Positions 49,822 through 57,833 of a stretch of DNA of 62,942 nt are shown here, one piece after another. The position numbers and the translations under genes are program-made. Under the pieces are notes generated by a model. It did not search any database. It saw nothing but the letters and a program-made list of their open reading frames with translations, and was not told where the DNA came from. Every line of letters starts with the position of its first letter. Position 1 is the stretch's first letter. This stretch comes from an uncultured virus (IMG/VR IMGVR_UViG_3300034280_000588) (lineage: Duplodnaviria > Heunggongvirae > Uroviricota > Caudoviricetes). The stretch is from the IMG/VR virus record IMGVR_UViG_3300034280_000588; one strand, given 5' to 3'.

Positions 49822-50175
49822 TTATTTGGAAGTTTTAAGTTTTCTAGAAGGCTTTTCTGCTGCCTCTTCTTTAGGACCAGGAATCAACACTTCATCACCC
49901 AGCTTTACGCCAGCATCAACAAGCTCAGGATTTGCATCCAAATCTTCTTGTGTAATGGTGTGAGGCACAGTTCCTTGTGGAGGAGTTTGCTGTTGAGGGT
50001 TGGTGATTTGTGCTACAAAAGAAAGAGCCTTGAGCTCTTCTGCTCTGGCAACAGCAAGCTTGGTGTTAAGCTCCTGCAGTTCAAGCTGCACTTTCTTTAC
50101 ATCAATTTGCTCTTGGAAAAACTGCATGAGTTCTTCTTTAGTGGGAGGCGTTTGCTCATGTACTTGTTCTGACAT
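49822..50175 (-). CDS. Hypothetical protein
   Basis: 117 aa; coiled coil then HTITQEDLDANPELVDAGVKLGDEV. Confidence 0.6.
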   Translation of the reverse strand: MSEQVHEQTPPTKEELMQFFQEQIDVKKVQLELQELNTKLAVARAEELKALSFVAQITNPQQQTPPQGTVPHTITQEDLDANPELVDAGVKLGDEVLIPGPKEEAAEKPSRKLKTSK

Positions 50176-50191
50176 ATTATTGGTTTTTGGT

Positions 50192-50494
50192 TTACAAATC
50201 TAAAATAGAATCATCACCCTTCTCATTAACATCAACAGTGTTATACTTTATAAACTTCTTAAAGAACTCCTTATAGTTGGTGTCTATGATATAACTATCC
50301 CCTGTGTTGGTGAGAACAGTGGTGCAGTTATAAGAAATAGAATCTTCATCATCAGAGCTAAGCTTAGCTGCATCCACTATAGACATATGAAACACAAAGG
50401 GCATCCACTTACCAACATCCTCTAGCCCTATAAGATCTGCTGTTTTAACATCCATTGCGTGGCACTGTACGTTGCATTCGTGAATTATGTTCAT
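50192..50494 (-). CDS. Hypothetical protein
   Basis: 100 aa ORF. Confidence 0.6.
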   Translation of the reverse strand: MNIIHECNVQCHAMDVKTADLIGLEDVGKWMPFVFHMSIVDAAKLSSDDEDSISYNCTTVLTNTGDSYIIDTNYKEFFKKFIKYNTVDVNEKGDDSILDL

Positions 50495-50506
50495 AATATA
50501 ATATAC
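50495..50506 (-). promoter_or_regulatory. Putative late-promoter motif (GTATATTATATT)
   Basis: Motif copy abutting the ATG at 50494. Confidence 0.5.
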
Positions 50507-50566
50507 TAAATAAGTTTAAACTTAACAAATGTATGATATAAATTTTTGGTTAATATAATTAACTTA

Positions 50567-51220
50567 TCAACACTTATCATATTCATAGTCCAATATCTTT
50601 CCCACCAGGTCAGATCTGTGGTTGTGCTTAAGCTTCACCCACTTAATCTCACTTATCCTCTTAGAAAGCTCTATTATATAGGAGAGCCCGTTAAAAGCAT
50701 CCCTAATGTCCTTTTGCTCATTGTCCCCATTAATAATAATTTTACCATCCTTTCCAAGCCTTGTGAGGATGGCTAACATCTCTGCCTTTGTAAGGTTTTG
50801 CGCCTCCTCTACAATAAGCACATCATCTATTGTCTTCCCCCTAATAAACTGTACAGGGAGAGCATTAACCTTCTTACCCGTAATAAGCTCATCTATCTTC
50901 ACCTTATCATAGCACTTAAGAAGGTTTTCCTGGAAGGCCTCCAGATAGGGGTCAAACTTCTCACTAAGAGACCCAGGGAGAAACCCCAGAGAATGTCCCA
51001 CCTCTACAGCTGCCCTTGTAACTAATATCTGCTCACACTCCTTCTTAAACAAAAAGTCAAGGGCTGTCACTGCTGACACAAGAGACTTACCACAACCTGC
51101 CCTCCCTGTAATAACCACTATCTGATTCTCCCTAATAATCCTCTTAGCTTCCTTCTGCTCATCATTAAGAGTGATCTTATACTTAATCTCATTCTTCCTT
51201 TCTCTATTAGACTCTTTCAT
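50567..51220 (-). CDS. phoH: PhoH-family ATPase
   Basis: GRAGCGKS, LGFLPGSLSEK, FIRGKT, EEAQN, LTRLG, NGDNEQKD, HRSDLV. Confidence 0.92.
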   Translation of the reverse strand: MKESNRERKNEIKYKITLNDEQKEAKRIIRENQIVVITGRAGCGKSLVSAVTALDFLFKKECEQILVTRAAVEVGHSLGFLPGSLSEKFDPYLEAFQENLLKCYDKVKIDELITGKKVNALPVQFIRGKTIDDVLIVEEAQNLTKAEMLAILTRLGKDGKIIINGDNEQKDIRDAFNGLSYIIELSKRISEIKWVKLKHNHRSDLVGKILDYEYDKC

Positions 51221-51239
51221 ATAATACTATTTTAGTTAC

Positions 51240-51251
51240 AATACAATATAC
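51240..51251 (-). promoter_or_regulatory. Putative late-promoter motif (GTATATTGTATT)
   Basis: Motif copy 19 nt upstream of phoH, at the start of the minus-strand arm. Confidence 0.5.
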
Positions 51252-51372
51252 AACTAACCCCCCACACTTCCTAATTTGGAAACTACCCCCTAGTATGTTA
51301 GAGGGTGTGATGGCCTCCTACCCAACTGCTCCCCTCCTTAAATTTAGCAGCACTAAACCCCTGCTTTATTTT

Positions 51373-51636
51373 ATGAAAGGAATGATGACTTTAAAACAAT
51401 TCTTGGCATTTATCGGTGTAATGGAATTAACGTTTATTAAATTAAACGGCCGTGCTTTTTGTGGTACTCCTGTCGGTACAATATTTAAAGCAAAGGACTT
51501 TGATGAAAAAGGTAAACGATTTGTAACAGTACACCGTGGTGGTAAGGATAAAGCCGGCAATGACTATTCCCATTTGGAAGGTACATTATGGCTTGTAAAT
51601 TCCGCTGCACAAGTGGACGGCACTTACTCCGAGTAA
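51373..51636 (+). CDS. First gene of plus-strand (early) arm, hypothetical
   Basis: Start reassigned to ATG 51373 (MKGMMTLKQF...); followed by hairpin and terminator. Confidence 0.65.
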   Translation: MKGMMTLKQFLAFIGVMELTFIKLNGRAFCGTPVGTIFKAKDFDEKGKRFVTVHRGGKDKAGNDYSHLEGTLWLVNSAAQVDGTYSE

Positions 51637-51672
51637 GGCCACACCCGTAAGGGTGTATTGACGGAGTGTACC

Positions 51673-51721
51673 AACAACTTAACTAATTGTTATACAAATA
51701 GTTAGTTAAGTTGTTTTTTTT
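51673..51721 (+). terminator. Intrinsic terminator
   Basis: AACAACTTAACTAA...TTAGTTAAGTTGTT stem followed by T run. Confidence 0.7.
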
Positions 51722-52445
51722 CCTTTCATAAATTGGGTTAGGGTAGTGTGAATGTGTGGTAGTAATCCACCTCTCATTCCTTTAACTGCTTGATTCTCAC
51801 TATCTTATAAAAAAGTTGGTGCGGATAGGATGGCTATAATTCTTTAAGGTTGATAAACCTTGACAATCCTGTGGGGCTACTATGTGGTTCTTTTTAGATA
51901 TTATCAGTATCTATTAAGTATCAAACACTCTGATAAAGTGTAATCACAAGTTAGTGCAGACTATAAAATCAGGAACTTTAACAATAGGCTTGAGAATCTA
52001 TTGTAGTTTAATGGATATACAAATCCTGTTTAAAACTATTATCCAAATTGAAAAAATTCCATCAATTTGCAATTGCTAGAGTAGTGGAATACTCTTATTA
52101 AGGTCTATATAGTGCGCTATAGAAACCAACTGTTTGTAGAGATAGGCAATTTCTCTTTAATGCATATTGGTAACATGCATGAATACATTCAGTTTAATTT
52201 AAAGCAAGCCTGAGCCTAAATCAAGCCAGGAAGTAATCTACCAAAGATTGCGAGTCCTCAACAAGCTGTTAAATCAGCCAACATTCTTTTTTAGTAGTTA
52301 TTTTTTCTTATATGGGATAAAGCATAGAAAAAAATCTACACCTCTTGAAGGTTACCAAAGAGTATAAATAAATGGTAGCTCACGTGACCATTAATAGAAA
52401 CAACCTTAAAACCTTTCTCTGTAGGTATATACAGATACAATAGTT

Positions 52446-52685
52446 ATGATAACACTTACACAAGCAGTGATGAACCAAGTGGTCATTAATGAATATAATA
52501 ACTACAATGAAGCAATGGAACATTTAGACCAACAAGGTGTTGTACATCTAGGGTGGTTAAATGCAGGTATTCACATACCAAAGCATTTAAACTGTCAGAA
52601 GGTGTATTCTAACCGTTCAGGTAGTTCTTGTCTTTATTGTGATCCTATATATAGAATCTCTTATTCTGTAGATATGGGAGATTAA
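52446..52685 (+). CDS. Hypothetical protein
   Basis: 79 aa ORF followed by hairpin AGGTTGG...CCAACCT. Confidence 0.5.
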   Translation: MITLTQAVMNQVVINEYNNYNEAMEHLDQQGVVHLGWLNAGIHIPKHLNCQKVYSNRSGSSCLYCDPIYRISYSVDMGD

Positions 52686-52920
52686 GTCTTTAAGGTTGGT
52701 CTCTCTCTGTAAAGGGAAGGCCAACCTCTATTCTAGGTTATTGGTAATCCTTGGAAACCATTTGGTATAGTCAGTATACACCAACAATAAGTAATCTGAC
52801 ATTTATGACATCAAATTTTGATTCCCTGGAAAGGGTTGTACAGCTTGTAGGCCATTGTACGTAATTAAAAACAACCTTCTGATGATGCTAACAGCATTAG
52901 TGCTAAACAACACTATAAAC

Positions 52921-53090
52921 TGTTTGTTTAATGCACCACAACTCACTTCCCAAGGGTGAGCAGATGTACACACTTATAAGAGATACAGTAACTAGATAGT
53001 AATAGGCTAGTTACCACCGTAACAGGTATCTCATTAGACAATCAGGAAGCTGAGCGTCTTAGTGTACATCTGAGTGCAGAGGGGACAACA
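52921..53090 (+). ncRNA. Twister ribozyme-like RNA (type P1, long branched P5)
   Basis: P1 UUGUU/GACAA, L1 UAA, P2 UGCA/UGCA, P4 CUCAC/GUGAG, L4 (U)UCCCAAGG, P5 CAGAUGUACAC/GUGUACAUCUG, 3' GAGGG; T1 CCC/GGG and T2 CC/GG are possible. Confidence 0.65.
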
Positions 53091-53143
53091 TGAGGCAGGC
53101 TTCTTGTAGCTTCTAGACTACAGGAAGCAGCCTCATTTTTTTT
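53091..53143 (+). terminator. Intrinsic terminator
   Basis: TGAGGC..GCTTCTTGTAG/CTACAGGAAGC..GCCTCA stem plus 8 T. Confidence 0.75.
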
Positions 53144-53339
53144 CAAGAATAGTAGATAGCGCTGTCTCTATTCTATATTAAGTAAGTCGCTAACTAGCAG
53201 ATTGGTGCTCGGCCAAAAGTTCCCAAGACTTACTTAACGAAACCATACCCAGTATTGTAAACAAGGGACTGGGTTAATTTTTGTGTTGTTGGTTACTTCC
53301 ATTATAACAAGTATTATGTAACCAAATAAAAAAAACAAC

Positions 53340-53708
53340 ATGGAAAAGATCTTTAACGGCACACCACATGCCATAAATGTGGTAGAAGGTGCTACTTTTA
53401 ACAGTAGCATTAGAAAGTACACAGGTGGTACTGTTGTACTAAGCATACCATCTAATGGTATGTTAAATGCCAAAATCTCTGCAGTAGACTTACCTGCAGT
53501 AGATGGTATTCCAGTGTTTGGTAAGTCCATCATTGGAGTAGATGCATTGCCTGAAGGCTTTGACATCTACATAGTGTCTGCTCTCTATTCATCTGCTGCA
53601 AGGGCAGCAGGTATGGATATGAGTAAGATCTTCACTGTGGCTGATCCAGTGATGAATGATGATGGTACTACATTTGTAGGATGCAGAGGCATATGTCCTG
53701 CATTCTAA
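53340..53708 (+). CDS. Conserved phage hypothetical protein
   Basis: 122 aa; NGTPHAIN, IYIVSALY, DDG..VGCRG motifs; A-rich leader. Confidence 0.7.
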   Translation: MEKIFNGTPHAINVVEGATFNSSIRKYTGGTVVLSIPSNGMLNAKISAVDLPAVDGIPVFGKSIIGVDALPEGFDIYIVSALYSSAARAAGMDMSKIFTVADPVMNDDGTTFVGCRGICPAF

Positions 53709-53714
53709 TCAGCC

Positions 53715-53742
53715 TGACCTAAGCATGTCATTAAACTGCTTA
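53715..53742 (+). ncRNA. Compact H-type pseudoknot in 3' UTR
   Basis: S1 UGAC/GUCA, S2 UAAGCA/UGCUUA, then T run. Confidence 0.45.
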
Positions 53743-54002
53743 TTTTTTCACACATTAAAATCAAAAATATGCACTGTCCTATGGGAAGGGGGTTGAGTGT
53801 GCATATAAACAAGAGCAACCCTGCTTGTTTATTTTTAAAATACGCGCTGCCAAAGCCCTTGTAGTAGTCATCCTACTACTGGTTCTTTTCATCTGGCCAG
53901 ATGATACACTATAAGAGGGACAGTACAGCTTTGCTTTGAAGACTGCATTTAGCCAGTGCAAGTGAGTGGAGAGTCATGCTCTCAAAGTCTTCTTTTTAAA
54001 AT

Positions 54003-54230
54003 ATTTCCCAATGCACATATCTCACGTGGTGTAACCACCTGATTAATATATCCTGCCATTTATGGTCTCATAGGATGAAAACTTTAATCAGCTCCCAAGG
54101 GTGAGCAGTTGTAATTCTTAATTAGTATTAGCAAGTACTCAATCTATCCCTTAATCCGTAAAGCAGTGTTCCTGTAGGATGCAAGATAGATGTTATGCTG
54201 TGCGGATTACAACTGTGTGCAGAGGGATAA
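54003..54230 (+). ncRNA. Second twister-like RNA with large L4 insertion
   Basis: AAUGCAC, CUCAC, UCCCAAGGGUGAGCAG and CUGnGUGCAGAGGG shared with 52921..53090; P5 stem has different sequence but still pairs. Confidence 0.5.
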
Positions 54231-54408
54231 TTTGTGATTATTTGTAATAGTCTCCTTTAAGAAGGCTGAAAACAGAGTTTTTAGCACTGGAGTTTGAATA
54301 GGGGATTTAACGCAGAACCAGCTATTACAAGTAATTGCAAAAAAGATTAAATAGGTGAATCTTACTACCAATAAGTGTAAGAATAATTAAAAATTTAAAA
54401 TTAATCCA

Positions 54409-54765
54409 ATGAGAGGAAACACTAATGCTCTAACAGAGTTGAAAACATATCTCGATGACAAAAGCGCTGTAAAATGTGCTGAAATTTTGTATCGTCCATG
54501 TAGTCTTTGGGAGGAAAATATTCCTCAAAACAAAGACTTATTCCTTCCAATAGGATACACACAAGAAGAATTTAATTCTTTTTTAAAAGAATTAGATTTT
54601 AATTATGATTCTGGCTACGGCGGCCAAGAATTATATGGTGTGATATGGTTGGAGGATGGTACATGGATGAGCCGTGGAGAGTATGATGGCTCAGAGTGGT
54701 GGGAACACAATGTAGTTCCTGAAATACCCAATCACTTATTTTCTCACAAACAAATTAAAATATAA
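54409..54765 (+). CDS. Conserved phage hypothetical protein
   Basis: YDSGYGGQELYGVIWLEDGTWMSRGEYDGSEWW motif common in phages. Confidence 0.7.
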   Translation: MRGNTNALTELKTYLDDKSAVKCAEILYRPCSLWEENIPQNKDLFLPIGYTQEEFNSFLKELDFNYDSGYGGQELYGVIWLEDGTWMSRGEYDGSEWWEHNVVPEIPNHLFSHKQIKI

Positions 54766-54767
54766 CT

Positions 54768-54908
54768 ATGATGAAAAAACTTTTTGTTTTTCTACTAATT
54801 GCTTGCAGCTTAATTAGTTGCAAGCAAAGTCAGCATGAATGTGTTGACAAAACACACGACAAATGCGATGGTATTTGTGAGTGTGACGGCTTTGAATGTT
54901 CTATTTAA
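54768..54908 (+). CDS. 46-aa Cys-rich lipoprotein (not in ORF track)
   Basis: MMKKLFVFLLIACSLIS-CKQSQHECVDKTHDKCDGICECDGFECSI. Confidence 0.65.
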   Translation: MMKKLFVFLLIACSLISCKQSQHECVDKTHDKCDGICECDGFECSI

Positions 54909-54926
54909 CTCACTAAAACCAAACAT

Positions 54927-55169
54927 ATGCAGTATCACATTTTTCAATCTGTTGGACCAAGAAGGTTCACAGAAACGGATGTACAACCAAGGGAATACGC
55001 AGGATTTGTAGAAGCAACTTCTTTAGAAGATGCTTATGCAAAATCCCAAAATGTTGATTGTGATTGGAATCCACATCAACCATGTCGTTCCACGTCAGTG
55101 GGAGATGTAATCCAAGATGACACTGGATTTTACATGGTGCTTGATAAAGGATTTCGTCATTTATCATAA
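54927..55169 (+). CDS. YodL-like protein
   Basis: RSTSVGDVI motif followed by FYMVLDKGF. Confidence 0.55.
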   Translation: MQYHIFQSVGPRRFTETDVQPREYAGFVEATSLEDAYAKSQNVDCDWNPHQPCRSTSVGDVIQDDTGFYMVLDKGFRHLS

Positions 55170-55276
55170 TTGTCATAAACTCCAGGGAGAGAATAATCAT
55201 CAACCGTAGTAAATATGCGCGTTTAGGTTATTCTCTCTACGAGTTTTTAAATGCAAAACCAAAAATCACATTATAT

Positions 55277-55501
55277 ATGGGAAAGTTTAAAGATGAAGGC
55301 AATGCAGCACTAGCCTTGGCAGAAGAATGTGCTGAAGTTATACAGGTGATAAACAAACTGTATAGGTTTGAAGGGGCACATTGGGATGAAATCCCTGAAG
55401 GTAAAGAGAAAACCAGATGGGAACAGTTGTCAGAAGAAATGGTTGATATAATGTATCAGTGGGAAAGATTAAAATCTTTAAGGTATGAAAAGATTAGTTG
55501 A
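55277..55501 (+). CDS. MazG-like NTP pyrophosphohydrolase
   Basis: LAEECAEVIQVINK...LSEEMVDI (ExxE/ExxD). Confidence 0.6.
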   Translation: MGKFKDEGNAALALAEECAEVIQVINKLYRFEGAHWDEIPEGKEKTRWEQLSEEMVDIMYQWERLKSLRYEKIS

Positions 55502-55718
55502 TATGTTAGCAGTCTTGCTTGGGCTGTTAACATTACTTATACTAGGGGCAGAGCCTTCTGGTACAAGCGAAAAATCCCTACAGGATTACCAAAACTATTG
55601 TGATAACTATGGAACATATGTTCTATGGGCATGGGTTGTCACATTATGTACGTTGATTATTGTAGGAATTGTAAATCACATAAACCATAAAAAAAAATGG
55701 ATAAAATCAAAAACTTAA
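55485..55718 (+). CDS. Small membrane protein
   Basis: 77 aa with two hydrophobic segments. Confidence 0.6.
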   Translation: MKRLVDMLAVLLGLLTLLILGAEPSGTSEKSLQDYQNYCDNYGTYVLWAWVVTLCTLIIVGIVNHINHKKKWIKSKT

Positions 55719-55921
55719 TGCTGTGGACAGTTATTTTAATACTGATATACATGCATTACAAGGTAATTAGGCTTTTTGCTGAAAACAAAGAGCCTGAATT
55801 CAAGACAGAATACCGCGTAGAACTACGTGGAGATTCTGCAATTATTAAAAACAACTACAGTGAGACATTTATATGTCCCATTGATAGTATTCCTAACGTT
55901 TTAATAAAGGATAATCAATGA
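55697..55921 (+). CDS. Small membrane-anchored protein
   Basis: 74 aa, N-terminal TM. Confidence 0.6.
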   Translation: MDKIKNLMLWTVILILIYMHYKVIRLFAENKEPEFKTEYRVELRGDSAIIKNNYSETFICPIDSIPNVLIKDNQ

Positions 55922-56115
55922 CACCTTTAGAAAAAACAGAAAGGAAATTCACCAATCTATTAGATGGTGGAATAATTAATGGTGCATCTGTGCGCACTAT
56001 TATAGAATATTACGAAGCACAGAGAATAGGACAGCCTGTTAAGGTGGTTCTAAAAGATAACTTCCTTGATAACTTCATAGAGGAAGAAATAAAACAAATT
56101 GAAGAAGATCAATAA
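55918..56115 (+). CDS. Hypothetical protein
   Basis: 65 aa; ATGA overlap. Confidence 0.6.
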   Translation: MTPLEKTERKFTNLLDGGIINGASVRTIIEYYEAQRIGQPVKVVLKDNFLDNFIEEEIKQIEEDQ

Positions 56116-56128
56116 CCCCAAAAAAACA

Positions 56129-56272
56129 ATGTTTATGAAAAAAATCAGTTTAACCCCAACTGAATTCTGCCTGTTTAGGCAAATTGCTAACTTCTTGTAT
56201 ACTTATGCTGTTTCTAGTGGCATAATTCTAATAGAAGCAGATGCAAAACTTCTTGAAAATCTTGGCTACTAA
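56129..56272 (+). CDS. 47-aa hypothetical protein (not in ORF track)
   Basis: MFMKKISLTPTEFCLFRQIANFLYTYAVSSGIILIEADAKLLENLGY with A-rich leader. Confidence 0.6.
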   Translation: MFMKKISLTPTEFCLFRQIANFLYTYAVSSGIILIEADAKLLENLGY

Positions 56273-56274
56273 TC

Positions 56275-56355
56275 ACCAGGGCTCACTGGTGAGCTCCTAA
56301 TTAAACCATTATAGTATTAATGGTATAGTTATACAGCTCACTGGTGAGCTCTGGT
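56275..56355. repeat. Tandem palindromic 16-bp repeat GCTCACTGGTGAGCTC
   Basis: Exact copies at 56281-56296 and 56336-56351, flanked by ACCAG/CTGGT. Confidence 0.8.
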
Positions 56356-56383
56356 ATATTTTTACACTTAAAAACTGACAAAA

Positions 56384-56527
56384 TTGAAAAATCTATTTCT
56401 TTGGCTGCTTGTAATAGCAGTTGTAACTATCTTATTATCAAGCTGTTATACAAGTGGCTATGGTTGTAAAGGTAGGAGTAGGAGTATAACTGGTGAAGGA
56501 TCGCATAAGCGTGGCACCAGATTTTAA
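56384..56527 (+). CDS. 47-aa lipoprotein (TTG start, not in ORF track)
   Basis: MKNLFLWLLVIAVVTILLSS-CYTSGYGCKGRSRSITGEGSHKRGTRF. Confidence 0.6.
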   Translation: MKNLFLWLLVIAVVTILLSSCYTSGYGCKGRSRSITGEGSHKRGTRF

Positions 56528-56544
56528 ATCATTAAATTTATACA

Positions 56545-56766
56545 ATGAAAAGTCTTATTGCAATCCTGTTGTATACAGGAGTATTTATGGGTATGTTCTT
56601 AACCCTTTCACTAATAGGGGTTATGTGGGGCAGCACTTATACAGAAGTGCTTGCTGACCACTCATGGTTTTTTGTATATACAATTTTTATTGGGTGGTGG
56701 CTACCTTTAATTCCTCTTAGAGAGTATATTGGTAAACACCAAGATTATTTTAACGAATATTTCTAA
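56545..56766 (+). CDS. Small membrane protein, paralog of 59606..59827
   Basis: 73 aa; W..YT..GWWL...PLREY..KH..YF shared. Confidence 0.7.
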   Translation: MKSLIAILLYTGVFMGMFLTLSLIGVMWGSTYTEVLADHSWFFVYTIFIGWWLPLIPLREYIGKHQDYFNEYF

Positions 56767-56783
56767 ACTAAAAATTTATAGAA

Positions 56784-57833
56784 ATGCAGAATATAACTAT
56801 TGTTAAAAGAGATCAGCATATACAGGATTTTCTTGATATGCAACCAAGTATAAGCAAAAATCTAAAATTTGTTAATGAAATGTCTTCTAGACAGTTTCAT
56901 GAAGCAAATCTTTGTATAGATGGTGAAAAGATTTATTTTTCTTGCAGCACAATGAAAATATGCAAGGGAAGTAAAGGCGCATTCTATATAAGGAAAACAA
57001 AAAAAGATGGCTTTACATATGAGAATAAAAAACTCAAAATATGGTTTGGTAAAAGCATATTTGAGTTGCCTTATGTCTCCAGTGTATTTGCCCATCTTAA
57101 CTGCAATTGGCTCAATTATAAACTGATGCCATATATTACCAAGACGGTTGCAGAAAAAATACTTTCAAAGAAGATTACAAATAACATTGATCTTCTTAAA
57201 GAGTATTTAAAGTTAATGCGTATCAACGCAAGCCCTAAAATGCTTTATTGTCTTATTAACCGTAAAGACATAAACAAAATGGCTCTTCTTCGTAATTTTT
57301 CTGTAGCAAAAGATGTTAATCATGCTATAGAATATCTCCAAGGTGATGACCATCATGCAATTGATATGATAGACCAAGCATTTATTTTGCAGAGAAAAAT
57401 TGATTTCTCTTGGTCTCCTAATAGAATGCGTGAAGAACATTCCAAATGGACAAAGGAAATTATGGAGGCAGAAATAAATGAAATGGATGATAAAGAAATA
57501 GAAGGTTTGGAAAAATATGAAACATTTACACCAACTGGGTTTAAACTTTTGAAAACACAAAAAGAAGTGTTTCAAGAAGGTAAAATCATGTCCCATTGTA
57601 TTTATACGAGTTATTGGTCACGTATAAAAAATGGAAATTATCTTGCCTATCATATCTCTATTAACGGAGAAGAAGCCACTCTTGGCTTAAATATTAATTC
57701 AGATGGATCTTTACAATTTTCACAGTGTCATTCAAAATATAATGGCTCTGTATCAGAAAATATAAAATCCAAAGTTGAAGATTTTTTTAAAAAAATAGGA
57801 AATGAAAAAGAAACATGCTTTCTTCCTTATTAA
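56784..57833 (+). CDS. PcfJ-like domain protein
   Basis: C-terminal FQEGKIMSHCIYTSY...ATLGL...QCHSKYN matches the PcfJ EGxxMxHC motif. Confidence 0.75.
   Translation: MQNITIVKRDQHIQDFLDMQPSISKNLKFVNEMSSRQFHEANLCIDGEKIYFSCSTMKICKGSKGAFYIRKTKKDGFTYENKKLKIWFGKSIFELPYVSSVFAHLNCNWLNYKLMPYITKTVAEKILSKKITNNIDLLKEYLKLMRINASPKMLYCLINRKDINKMALLRNFSVAKDVNHAIEYLQGDDHHAIDMIDQAFILQRKIDFSWSPNRMREEHSKWTKEIMEAEINEMDDKEIEGLEKYETFTPTGFKLLKTQKEVFQEGKIMSHCIYTSYWSRIKNGNYLAYHISINGEEATLGLNINSDGSLQFSQCHSKYNGSVSENIKSKVEDFFKKIGNEKETCFLPY

Noticed and set aside
52825..52900. Hammerhead-like GAAA...stem...CUGAUGA
   Set aside because: No stem I between the putative cleavage triplet and CUGAUGA, and no GAAA after the following hairpin
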